Below, one piece after another: positions 47,950 to 59,635 of a stretch of 64,000 nucleotides of DNA (positions are counted from its first letter, which is position 1; each line of letters begins with the position of its first letter). The DNA lies in assembly GCF_020745735.1 (NCBI RefSeq), contig NC_083433.1, forward strand, positions 6,397,363-6,461,362. Direction: 5' to 3'. Source of the stretch: Hemiscyllium ocellatum (taxonomy: Eukaryota). The notes under the pieces are model-generated. The model had not been told where the DNA came from, searched no databases, and saw only the letters and a program-made list of their open reading frames with translations. Position numbers and translations under genes: made by a program.

Positions 47950-48300
47950 AAAACTACATGCAAATCTAAGTTAATAGATAAAACAACTCCGGCAGGCTTC
48001 TGCTGAAAGGACAAAAGCACAGAATTAATCAAGCATGGCAAAAAACATGGCAAAAAGACAAACAGAGCACTGTACACGAGTACATAACAGTCGCAAGAGA
48101 TTTGGAGTGGAGGAATTAAAATAAGTAAGGTGTCCGCAGAACGCAAGTCTGTAGTCCAAAGGGTACCCAAGTGTAAACATGTTCTGTGAATTGTGAATTA
48201 GAACACTAGCAGCAGTTAGGTACCTGCTAGCGAGCGGAAACCCAGTGAGAAAGTGTACTGTGCCCCGGTGTTCCCGCAGATCAGAATGCTCCACAGGCCA
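47950..48300 (-). pseudogene. Retroviral env TM relic 2
   Basis: EHRGTVHFL, VPNCC (48223-48209) and anchor-like VLVYSALFVFLPCFLPCLINSVL at the canonical env position before the PPT. Confidence 0.45.
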
Positions 48301-51300
48301 GCAGCTCCGTCCAGACGTCCGACATGGAAGACAGAGGCCAGAGATCTTATTAAATCATGACGAACGTGGGCCACCAGTTCCGATGTCAATGCGCGTCTGT
48401 GCCTGGCTTAGGTTGTCCCTCGCCCGAGGGATCTTACCCGTCATTGGCTAACCAGTCGTACTGCATTGAATTGTAGATATCGGCATCCGTTTCACCGCCA
48501 TCAAGAACGGACACAGGCAGTGGCAACCGGCTCAATAGCGTGTTCAGTGGCCCTCGAGACCAGCTGAAGCCAACCGGGAAGCACTGGAGATTACGGAAGA
48601 CCGGCTCCACGGTTCATGAATGGAAGTCACCCCACTGCATGTATTCCATATGTCCCTGCATGTTTGTAGGAGATCACACGCAGGCTGTCGTGTACTCAGA
48701 GTTGGTGGCGGCGCAGGCATCTGTTGAGGAGTGCAGAGCCCAGCGTATGGGGGGTTCGGTTAAAAAGTAATGATACCACATTACATTTAGACCAGAGAGA
48801 TGGGGCTGCAGAAATGTGGTGAAAAGAGTCCTGCCCTCCCCAGGGTGACATTTGGTGAGGTGAGCCAGAAAACATCCTACTAGTATGGGAAATAAAAGCA
48901 TTGTATTTAACAACTGCCATTAGCACATTCCTGTGAAGGCGGAGCCATTGGGTGAGCTGATCTGGAAAAGCTCCTTGCTATTAGACTCAACGGACATCAC
49001 TATGCCAGTACTTCTGGATGTGAAGTCTCATCTAGTAAAAGGAAGAAGGGGCCAGTGCGAAATGTCCAATGCATTCACTAAGACTGCCCCCCACCCAGTT
49101 GTGCAACAGAACTGGAGAAACCAGATATCAATCAAGACAATGAGAGAGAAAGAAAAAAAAAGTGAAGGTAGGCCTAACCCCTAACCTTTCTCACAGCCCA
49201 TGGACCTGTACGAAGCTGTCACCTAAAAAAATAGAGTGATCCCAGTGTGAGGTAAAAGGAGTGGTTCCGTGTAAAAAGAAGAAATAGTACCTTGTACAAA
49301 GGAGTGCAGAGCAATTTGTGAACTCCAATCAGAGAGAAAAAAGGTCCCTGACCACTGGCTGCCACAAAAGGCAATTGAAACAGGGGGAAATAGATCATCC
49401 TGTAGGGGAATTGTTCGTCTTATTTTTAAAGAGTCAGAAAAAAGCGAAAAATGCAACCACCCCACTGATTCAGTATTGGGAGAGGTAACTGCGGAAAAGC
49501 AGTCACGCAAAAAGATACCAAGTAGCAGCATTTCTTAATCAGAAAAAGGTAAAAAGCAAACGTGCGCAGGCTGTGGAAGACATTCAGTAGGAAAGGCTGC
49601 GGCCAATTGGGAAATAGCACTATACAGGGCAGATAAATTCCGGGACAATGATGAAAATGCAAGATAGTACGAGTCTCGGTTATAGCTTGCCGTGCATCTG
49701 CACTAGCAGCTGCAGGCGCAAAAACGTCGTCATGCACATGAAATAAACAATGTTGAAAAGTAAAAATATCCGGCCAAGAGCTCTACCGAAAAAATAGGGT
49801 GACCCCCTAGAGGGGGTCAAAGGATTGGCAACAGTTAAAAGGGAAGAAATAAGTACACTGTATAGGGGAAGGCAAACTATGTCCACTGTCACCACAGGTG
49901 ATTAAAACAGATTGTCGTATGCGCAGGTTACTTCCTTAGGAGGCAAACCGAAAAACAGGAGGAATATAAAGTAGGTAATCAGTTCAGATGAGCTGGACAT
50001 GGGTGAATGCACCACGCATCGCGCAGGAACTGTAACAACTGCAGCGTGTACACTATGTAAATGACAAACCAGAAAGTTGTCGGGTGTGAGATCACGAACA
50101 TACAGGGTCAGCTCTGCTGCAGTATGGGTGACCCGTGGCAACAGGACAATAGAGCAGCTAAATTTCCACTGTGTGGTTACGAAAAGACATGGCACAGGGG
50201 GCCCCCAATCTCCCAGGGCGCGCAGCATAACTCGCACGTAGGGGAGAACCCCGAGCTGTTCGTAAATATTGTTGAGAGGTAATTTAAAAACACAAAGGCA
50301 ACTCCGAAAGCATGGGTAACATCAGCAAAAAGGGCGTATTGTTCCCTGCTCTTCCCAGATATTCATGTACGCCCTGCCCGTGTTTTAGCCTGAGGGTCCC
50401 CATGCGTCCAGGGAGAGGGTGGTGGGGAAGCTATCTGGTGGGGACCGCCGTATAAGATTTCAGAAAAGGTCAAACGAGGCCGTCTCGTCTGTCCGTGGTC
50501 CTAAATTATCTCATGGCAGGTTTCTCTCTCAAAAGTCGCTATGTGACCAGGGGACATAATTCTCCTCCCCCACACTAGTGGCGAGGAGAGGCGCTTGGAC
50601 GGTTGGTCTATTAGCAACGGCCCCCTTTAGCGGGCTACACCCTTCCTCACGACCCGCAATAATCTCCCCCTCGTCCAGCTGGGAGGTGATGTCAAGAGGG
50701 GATTCGAACTCATTATCCCAGGTGGGTTCCCCAGGGCCAAGGTTGAAGTCAAATTTAGACAAAATGCACGTAAAACATCAACGACGAGCACAATCTTACT
50801 TTTACGACTACCCGCCTGCTCGCAGCGGAATCCATGATGAACAAGGTGGATCACTCAGGACAAGGGTCAATGAAGACGTTAGAGAGCCAGAAGCATTCCC
50901 AAAATACCAGCAAAGATATCACAGGACAGACCTCGTTCGGTGTTGACGGACAATGACCCTAACATTACGCAGAGACCTAGGCAAAGCAGGGCTCTGTTAC
51001 GCCCCCTCATTTCCCACGTCCTTGTCGGGCTCAGTCTCCTGAATTGAATTCAGGGCAACGTTTGGCCTCCATGACCTGGGGCAATGGGGGAAATGGTGCC
51101 AGTTATTGTCATCCTCCCTTCAGACCCTGCACCCAAGTTTTCCATATGTTACCGCAGTCAGGGGCCCACCAGCGGTTGTGAACGGACTTACTGCCTTGGG
51201 CAACTCTCACATGCGTTGCCCCATGTGTTTTCAGCCCGTTCAGTATAAGGGATGGTGATGATTATGGAGAGGGGGCCTTTGTCACGGGGACCCTGGTGAG

Positions 51301-51349
51301 TAATGTAAAACTCTGGGCAATTAGGAGATTTGCGGTGGGACGAAATTGG

Positions 51350-52960
51350 ACTGTTTGCCTGAGGGGACTTGTCCCCCTGAACGAGATACAGAACGAGAGG
51401 TGCAAGTATAATCCTTGTGTATGCAAGAATCTGTGTGTGTGAAGGGCCGTGTGTCATAGCCAAAAGAGAGTGCGCAGGTGCTGCGGGCATATCGGACGTC
51501 GTATCTGTGTGAAACAGAGAGTGAGAGCCACAAGGGGCTGCTCAGCTAGCAGAGAGGTTAACACTGTTCTAGCTCGAAATCATCTGATTGTTAGTGAGTG
51601 GATGTGTGAGTGTTGTTAGCTAGAGCTTGCGCCCCCCTTTTTGACTGTGATATTTATGGATGTGTAACATGATCTTCTCAGGGAAGCTTCTGGTATCCTT
51701 GTAGCTTATTTAACGTGATAAAAGCCAGAGAATGAAGGGTAATTCAAATGAGTAAGAGTAAAAAATACGTAAGTTGAGATGCATGTAACATCCCTCTGAA
51801 TACTCCTGTAAGAAGGGTATGAGTAGAGTGTCCTAATCCGCAGAGGATGTCAGCTCCTATGGTGCAGAGACAAAGAGTGGAATACTGAGGGCGCGCAGAA
51901 CACAAGTCCCTTCCCAGTTCAGGGGCAACCAATTGTACCGAATCTGCCCCCCACAATTTCACCACAAATCTGCGCGACTCACCGTTAATGCTGCCGCTTG
52001 GCAGCCCGTGAGTATCCCTGGGTAAGCCGTCCGGGCTTGGTGAAACAAGTGAAGTTTACTAGCGGGTGGAAAGCAGTGTTTCCCCAACCTGCACTCCGAT
52101 GTGGGGGTAGGTCGCCGGAAAACACATGTTTTTTGTTTAAATCGTGACGAGGAGTATAGAGAATGATAGAATTTCACAAGAGAGTTTGCTGCATCAACAT
52201 CCAGCAATCACATGCGAATTACCAATGCAGCGACTGAGTTCCAGAAGGTGGAATATTTCAGGTGAAGTGCAGCTGAAATGGAAAAAGGGAAGTTTGAAGT
52301 CATGCTCTGCAGGAAATAGGAAGTATTACCTGGTAGAGGAATACAGTCCGTTGCCTACCGGCCAGAAAAAGAGGAGTAATCATTTAGTTCGCGCACATGG
52401 TGAATGACACGGGTAACGAGTTGTGAGTACAATCTATACAGGTCAGGACAGAAATCCTTTGTGTAGCACTGTCCTCTGTGTAAGGCAAAGTTTGTAGGTA
52501 GTAGGAGGCCTTAAGAGTTACCCGGGGAAAAGAATCATAAAGGAACCTGGTGACCCTGCCGTTTTCAGCGCGAATCTGCGCCTTGCAGGAGGTATGAACA
52601 GGTGAATTGGAAACAACTACTCGCAGTTGAAGAGACTGAAGGATATGGGCAAGAGCTGAGCTTCGATCCCTATGCTACAGACAAAAGTTGTTGCAACGTG
52701 TGCATTGCTAGGCTATTCACACTTGGCAGTCAGTCAGGGACAAATGGGTGAGAACAGAGCATGGCCACCGTGACCGCCTAAGATACAGACAAGTAGGTAT
52801 AAAATCAAATCTAGCGGTCAGAATCTGGTAGCAGGAAAGCGTAGCGACCCAGACGTCCCAAGCCCGGTAAAAGGGTCTATTGTAGGAACATGAAAGAAAG
52901 TGTAAAGATAAGCATAACGTATTGACAAGAAGAATAACAGCACAAACCCCCCAGGATCTC
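51350..52960 (-). pseudogene. Retroviral env relic 1
   Basis: Hydrophobic leader (WGVCAVILLVNTLCLSL), CDCWM (52214-52198), SRADLW*NCGG..YNWLPLNWEGTCVL, ISD-like LTSLLAEQ (51562-51538) and anchor-like IILAPLVLYLV. Confidence 0.65.
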
Positions 52961-53169
52961 ACCCTCGTCCTCTGAGGAGGTAGTGTCAGGCGGGGAGGTG
53001 AGCTCACACCCCCCTGCACAAGTTCGCCCTGGAGGTGGGCTCCCGTGACTATTCGAGTGTCGTTTTATGCTGCAAGGGGGTGTACCCCCGTCGGGGCTTG
53101 TGAACTCTGCGGGGCAGCAGCAGGGGCCGCGGACAGTAGGGGAATGATAAGGACGAGGCCAAGGCTCTC

Positions 53170-53830
53170 TACCCCTGTGGGAGGCGATTGTATGTATGGC
53201 GCTTTCAAGCACAGGTGAAGGCAAAAACGCTCCGGATAGTGTAGGCGCAGCGGAAAGGCAAAAGAAAACGCAGGCCAGGTCTGTGACAGAGAAAAAATGA
53301 CAGGCAGGCGTGAGCGCCTGCAGTGCAACAGCGGGGTCCGGAACCTTCAGGTTTAAAGTGACTGTGGCCCCGTTTATCCTTCGGGGGTCATGTAACGAAT
53401 CCTGGTAGCAAACCTCAGGGAGCGTAATACTGGGAAAAAGGGATGAGACGCAGAGTACAGCAGCAGGAGCACAGTGAGTGAAAAGCTTTTGATGGAGAGA
53501 TGAGGCCAGAAGATGAGTTACTGTGACCTGGTAGAAAACCTCAGGGAGTATAAGACCTAAAAAAGGGGATGACACTCGGAGACCAGCGGAATTTCAGGCC
53601 TGCGGACACTAGTTGAATTCAATGCTTCAAGAAGATGAGTGAAAGATAGAAAATGACGATAGAAACGACCTCAGATCCGACAGAGAACATCGAGTGGAAA
53701 TAAAGGGTGAGCAGGGGTGTAGGATGGGGCACTACATACGGCAATAGAAGTCGGAATAAGATTTCAATGGGACAATTTGATACTGGCTGGCAGTTACAGG
53801 CTCTATGATCTAATTATCAAAGAATGTAGC
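53170..53830 (-). pseudogene. Retroviral RT relic (N-terminal half, no YxDD)
   Basis: ...HDPRRINGATV...VPDPAVALQALTPACHFFSVTDLACVFFCL...FT...HTYNRLPQG, frameshifted and truncated after motif B. Confidence 0.75.
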
Positions 53831-55747
53831 TTCAGACAGGTAGCCCTGCTGTTGCTAGCTGCACCCCGCATGGCTGTGAATAACCGTTTGGGGACTGGAG
53901 CTGGCAGTGTCTGTTGCAGCAATGGCACTACCCTCCCTAGCCCCAACCTTTAGGAGGAGGACGAATAATAGTACGAAATAAGTGCGCATATACTCGTAAA
54001 AAGACGAAAAGAGCGCGCATGTGATTGTAATGAAAAGATGAATGAGCGCACATAACACTTTAGCGTAAGGGAAAATCTGTGGATCTGAGAGAAAGGATGA
54101 AATGGGTGTGTAAGATAGGTCAGCAAAAAATTGGAGGACATAGGCGGAAAGATGAATGAGTGCCCCCATCTCATTAAAGAATCTGTGAGCATGGGAGTGG
54201 AAAAAATGGCTGAAGCACCCATGTCGGCGGACAAAAATGAGTGACTGGTCGCGAGGAAAAAAGATGAATGAGCTAGGCCAAACCCTTTACTGTCTGCTGA
54301 GTCGCAGGTCCCGGTTGGAGACCTGAGATCTGCGGCCACCGGGAAAAAAGGAGGAATAGGCAAAAATAAGTGGGCTGGGGGATGTCAGAGCCTAATGCCG
54401 GCTTCGGTAATGCCGGGCAAACAGCGGTCGCATGAAAACCACTTTAAAAGGGGCGAGTAGTAGTGGCCTCTGTGCCACCGTATGGTAATGCTGCACTGCG
54501 CATGTTGTTGTTCGGTATTTTCTATTTAAAAGTAATAAAAAAAAGGGTACAGCCTGTCGAATAAGATGTAGTTAGAAGCAGGATTCATGTCATCATCATG
54601 ATAATTTAAGAAGACCTTCCCATCAGATTATCCCCTGGACCAGGACAATCGCGCCTACGTGTCCCTCCGATGTAGTGGTGGCTTAGTGGTCGACCTGTTA
54701 GGGTCGCAGACCCCTGAAAACGAGTAGCCCCTCCCAGAGTGAGCAATCCCGCCAAGAGTGAGCATTCGCGCCAAAACTAAACGGACCCCGCCCAAACTGA
54801 GCATTCGCGCCAAAACTGAGCAAACCCGCCAAAAGTAAGTTGACCCGCCAGAACCAAGCTGACCCCGGGACACCCCGGGATTTACCGTCTTGGGACGGCA
54901 CAACCGTAATGGTCCAACAATTAAATGCTCCACCATCCCTTACTCTGTCACCTCTCTGTACCCATCTCTACCTTTTCAAGTAAAAGAGTAATTAAAAATG
55001 ATAGTGGGACAGTACACAATGTTGGGAGGACAGAAGTCATTAACCCTAAAAATCAATGTGAGTCCACAGAGATAAATCCCAGCCCGTTAAATCCAGGGAA
55101 CAAAACTCACATACTCGCAGAGCTGCAGATCTGCTCCTGTTTGCTGGACAGCTTTCCACGCTCTCTCTCTCTCAGGGGCTGCCGGTGCAGGTCCGCTGCA
55201 CCCCGATGCCTCGCTGCCGACGCGGTCTAGCAGGTCCAGACCTGGGAGTAAGTGTTCCTGCAACACTCCCGTTCGCCACGTCCGTCAAAATCACAGCACT
55301 CACTCTTTCTCTCTCACTGGGCCGGCCCCACACTGGTTGTCACCCGCATACATGCCAAGCCACGCATACTGTCGGTGTCTCCGCATCCCCGTCTCGGCCT
55401 GTCGCAGTCCCCTGCCCTCTGTCTTAGTAACATGCTCCGAGGCGTTACAGCCTCGGCGGTCCGAGATCAGGTCCCCCATGTCGGATCTCCCCTGATGGGA
55501 ACCGTGATAAAAACAGAGCATCTTTCAAAGCCTGACCTTCGCGTGGCAGATCTCTGCTCTTAACAACCGGTCTAAGGCAGACGTCTGTGCGGATAACCCT
55601 GTTCAGAAGATGAGATCCGACCTCTGTCACCCCGGGGTTTGGTAGATGCTAGCAGCAAGTGTGTATAGCAAGATTCGTCGGTCTTAAGTGCTTTGTAACG
55701 TGGATCCAAGCAGTCAAGTATGGTCAGCACTGCAATAGGTAATCTCA

Positions 55748-56147
55748 GGGACGCGCTCGGCTCCGAAAGCCACGCGAATAAAAGGCAACAAGGGACGCGC
55801 TCGGCTCCGAAAGCCACGCGGATTAAACAGGCAACAAGGGACGCGCTCGGCTCCGAAAGCCACGCGGATTAAACAGGCAACAAGGGACGCGCTCGGCTCC
55901 GAAAGCCACGCGGATTAAACAGGCAACAAGGGATGTGCTCGGCTCCGAAAGCCATGCGGATTAAACAGGCAACAAGGGACGCGCTCGGCTCCGAAAGCCA
56001 CGCGGATTAAACAGGCAACAAGGGACGCACTCAGCTCCGAAAGTCACGCGGATTAGACTGACAACAAGGGGCGCGCTCAGCTCCAAAAGCCACGTGAAAT
56101 CAAACAACAGGGGCGCGCTCAGCTCCGAAAGCCATGCAAAATCAAAC
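55748..56147. repeat. About 9 x 46-bp tandem repeat in the ERV leader
   Basis: Units GGGACGCGCTCGGCTCCGAAAGCCACGCGGATTAAACAGGCAACAA start at 55748, 55792, 55838, 55884, 55930, 55976, 56022, 56068 and 56110. Confidence 0.93.
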
Positions 56148-56387
56148 CAGTTACAAATTAAAAGGTTAGTGGTAGCTTACCAGTCAGGATTCTGCGATGC
56201 TGCTGCCAAACTGATCAGTTTTTTGGGTTGGTGAGGGTCAGAGAGCAGACAAGAAACTAACTAAAGAAATGTAACTACTGGAAGCCTTAGGTTTAACAGG
56301 CGCTTCCTCACCTTAGAAGGTTTCGGCCGAAGGTTGTCTGCCCCCTGATCCACCAACGTGGCCAACTTGCCGTGGTCTCTTTCCCTT

Positions 56388-56405
56388 CCCGCGTCAGGCT
56401 CACCA
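56388..56405 (-). other. ERV primer-binding site (tRNA identity uncertain, Trp- or Arg-like)
   Basis: TGGTGAGCCTGACGCGGG starts 2 nt inside the 5' LTR end. It matches recalled Trp and Arg PBS consensus sequences only partially. Confidence 0.7.
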
Positions 56406-56407
56406 GA

Positions 56408-57071
56408 TGTTAGGCCGGAACCTCGGGGTTCCAGTCTTTGCGAGTTCTTTGGAAGGAGAGACCGCACCAGCTTCTTTAGTTTGGAGCAGAGCACCGTTTA
56501 TTTTACAGAATCAAAACTGGCAAACTGTACAACGAATTCTACAGCATGCAATTCGTTGGAGAAGGCGTTCTAACCCCTCTGCTCAAATTCGCCCCAGTTA
56601 TACCCCTCGCTGGCCAGTGTTCCCGGTCAGGTGTCCACGTCTGGCCTTCCTGTTGGCTACTCGTTCCCGGGCAAAGCGTTCCGCTCTCTGGTTGGATGGT
56701 TTGAGCTGTCTGTCCGTTTGCCTCGGAGCGGGCAGTCCCGTAGACATTGTGGGGCCACTGGTCCCGCTTATTTAATTAGTGGTTTACCAGAAACAATAGT
56801 TCATTACCATTTAAGTGAGTAGTTTTGATGGTTCAATTGACACCTCAAATAATCCAATTAACAATGTCTACCAGTTACAAATTCCAGAGGTACAATTAAT
56901 AGGCCGTCTATCAGCTAGCCTCTGATCAGATTAGGAGGCCAGCAGTTTCTAGTTCAGTGATCATGATAGTTGAACCATTTCAGGCCCGGTATTAGAAGCA
57001 CTTGTTACAGTTATAGTTTTTTCCCTCCCTAGATCTAGTGTGCCCACCCCACTAGTACAACTACCCCAACA
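56408..57071 (-). repeat. ERV 5' LTR
   Basis: Direct repeat of 47060-47723 with about 6 substitutions, followed on the minus strand by the PBS. Confidence 0.95.
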
Positions 57072-58057
57072 ATACCTACTGGGTCTTTCTATTGCCTCAT
57101 CATCTTCCTGCAGGAGCACTGCACCGATACCCACATCACTGACATCAATAACCACTTTGAAAAGCTTCGTATAATCCGCTGTGGCTAATACTGGGGCGAT
57201 GGTTAACACAGTGTTTAGGCTGTCAGTCTGCTGTCCACTGAAACTTCTTGCTCTTTTTTTAAACAACTCAGCTAATGGAGCAGCCACACTGCTAAAGTTC
57301 AGCACAAACTTTCAGTAAAATCCATTCAACCCCCAGGAACGGTAGTCCAGCTTTTTTCGTCAACGGTGTGGGAAGTTCCCCAACTTCTTTTGTTTTCACA
57401 TCCCATGGGGCCATTTGTCCATGTCCAATAACATGGCCCAGGAAGGTGACTTGGACTTTGGCAAATTCACTTTTAGCCTGGTTTACCACCTTCTGAAGTC
57501 GACCGACCAAGTCCGATAAATGTTCCTTCCAGAAGTAACTGAAAATCACCAGGTCATCAATATGCGTCACACAGTTGGGTCATCTGGCAATGGCCTTATT
57601 AGTCAGTCTCTGAAATGTGGCTGGAGCATTTTTCATACTAAGTGGCATGACTTTGAACTGATATTGTCCATCTGGCATTATGAAAGCCAAAATTGCCTTT
57701 GCTCTCTCTGACAGGGGTACTTGCAGGTAGCCTCTGAGCAAGTCTGACTTAGAAATGTAAGTTGCTTGCTCCACTTTTTTGACACAGTCCTCCAACCGTG
57801 GATATGCATCAATCTCTGTAACAGCGTTGATTTTGTTATAGTCCACACATAACCATTGGGTATTATCTGGCTTTGTCACCATGACTATGGGTGAGCTCCA
57901 ATCACTCTAACTCACTTTGATTATGCCAGTTTGGAGCACGTGCCCTAGTTCCTTCTAAACCTGTGCCAACTTTCAGTTGTTATGCCCATAAGGATGTTGC
58001 TTAATCAGAACAACATCTATATCTACATCATGCCCAGTTAAATTAGGACTTCCCAAC
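57072..58057 (-). mobile_element. Ty3/Gypsy element, 5' part (degenerate RT-RNase H)
   Basis: KPDNTQWLCVDYNKINAVT, YQFKVMPLSMKNAPATFQR, HIDDLVIFS, FLGHVIG and DVSDVGIGAVLLQE...ERP, with several frameshifts. Confidence 0.9.
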
Positions 58058-58238
58058 AGAAAGCCTCACTCTTCCTCACATTGAGTCCTGTCTGTTAGTG
58101 TTTACTCATTCATTTTTACAATGTCTTGTTGCAAACTTTCTGCTCCCAGCCACACCACTTACTTTATCACCCAGAAACGTGGGCATACATCTTTATTCCC
58201 CTTCATCTAGATCGATCTATAAATGTGAAACTTGAAGC

Positions 58239-58396
58239 NNNNNNNNNNNNNNNNNNNNNNNNNNNNNNNNNNNNNNNNNNNNNNNNNNNNNNNNNNNNNN
58301 NNNNNNNNNNNNNNNNNNNNNNNNNNNNNNNNNNNNNNNNNNNNNNNNNNNNNNNNNNNNNNNNNNNNNNNNNNNNNNNNNNNNNNNNNNNNNNNN
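58239..58396. other. Assembly gap (N run)
   Basis: Run of about 158 N. Confidence 0.98.
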
Positions 58397-58931
58397 GCAG
58401 CCACACTCCCTGCCTCCTTCGCTCTTCCTGAATCCCAACCCCACATCCAAAAGGTATCTTCCTATTCCATGTACACACATTCCCCCCACTCCCACCCCTC
58501 CCTCCATTATCTCATCAGCAATGAAATTGATTTTAGTTGCATTGATTTTCTGCAAACTGATAGCATCAGCTGTCCAGAATCAGAGCTCCCCAATTCATCT
58601 CAGTATTTGACAAGTTTGGCAATGGATATTTCTCCCTGTACACAGTGTTGAATACAATGATACCTGAAGAACTGGTTCACCTCAGCTAAGGGTCCCTGAT
58701 ATTGATCACAGCAGTTGAAGGATATTGATCTGTACTAGATCCACTACCCAATCTGTAAACCAATCATGTTGTGGAGATGGACAGTAGAGTGGTGGGATGC
58801 TTCTATTCAGTGAATGTTATTTCTATTGTTGTTGTGTTTCACAGGATTGCTACTATCCATCCTTTCTCCTTCTATAAAAAGAGACAGCTATTGGATTTGA
58901 GGTAGGATATTAAAAATATGAACACATGCAT

Positions 58932-59635
58932 ACCTATACAAGGTATTTGCCAAAAACGGATACCCGCGCAACTTTATCAACAGATGCCTAAGAGATAGAC
59001 CACGGAACGTGGACATGCCACAACCAAAAGGACTAGCCACACTACCATACATCAGGAGCGTTTCAGAACTGACAGCCAGACTACTGCGACCCTTAGGACT
59101 CATAACGGCACACAAACCAACAGCCACGCTCAGACAACTCACTAGAACAAAGGAGCCGATACCCAACATGAGCAAAACTAATGTAGTTTACAAAATACCA
59201 TGCAAGGACTGCACAAAACACTATATAGGACAAACAGGAAGACAGCTAACAATCCGCATACATGAACATCAACTAGCCACGAAATGACACGGCCAGCTAT
59301 CCCTAGTAGCCACACACAGACAACAAGCAACATGAATTCGACTGGAAAAACACTACTATCATAGGGCAAGCCAGACAGAGAACAGCCAGGGAATTCCTAG
59401 AGGCATGGCATTCATCCACAAACTCCATCAAACACATCGACCAGGACCCAATATACCAACCACTACAGCGGACAGCTGAAACTGACACCCGGAAGCGGCA
59501 AGGACAGACCACTATAAAGACCAGACGAAACATCAAAGAAGCGCTTCGCAGGAGGCTCCAGAGCACTGATGATGTCTCCTAGCCAGGGGATGAAACGTTT
59601 GCAACAAAAACTTCCAGCTCGACGAACAGAACCAC
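58932..59635 (+). mobile_element. Penelope-like element, 5'-truncated (GIY-YIG endonuclease plus tail)
   Basis: LPYIRSVSE...VVYKIPCKDCTKHYIGQTGRQLTIRIHEH, flanked by the direct repeat AACACATGCAT (58921-58931 and 59636-59646). Confidence 0.9.
59563..59602 (+). ncRNA. Minimal type I hammerhead ribozyme motif in the Penelope tail
   Basis: GCA-CTGATGA-T-GTCTCCT(AGCC)AGGGGAT-GAAAC-GTT-TGC: core boxes, stem II, palindromic ACGT stem III and a 3-bp stem I. Confidence 0.72.

Larger units (their letters stand above)
47060..57071 (-). mobile_element. Endogenous retrovirus-like LTR element (class I/epsilon-like), non-coding interior
   Basis: Two 664-bp TG...CA LTRs, a 4-bp TSD ATAC (47056-47059 and 57072-57075), a PBS and a PPT. 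Relic RT (HTYNRLPQG, 53198-53172) and env (DLW*NCGG...WLPLNWEGTC, 51975-51901) motifs. Confidence 0.92.

Noticed and set aside
52877-53575. 232-aa ORF as a functional ERV protein
   Set aside because: Only the middle is in the RT frame. It shifts out before motif B, has no YxDD and starts at a non-ATG codon.
55748-56147. 46-bp array as a CRISPR array
   Set aside because: Units are contiguous with no unique spacers, there are no cas genes, and the context is a vertebrate ERV.
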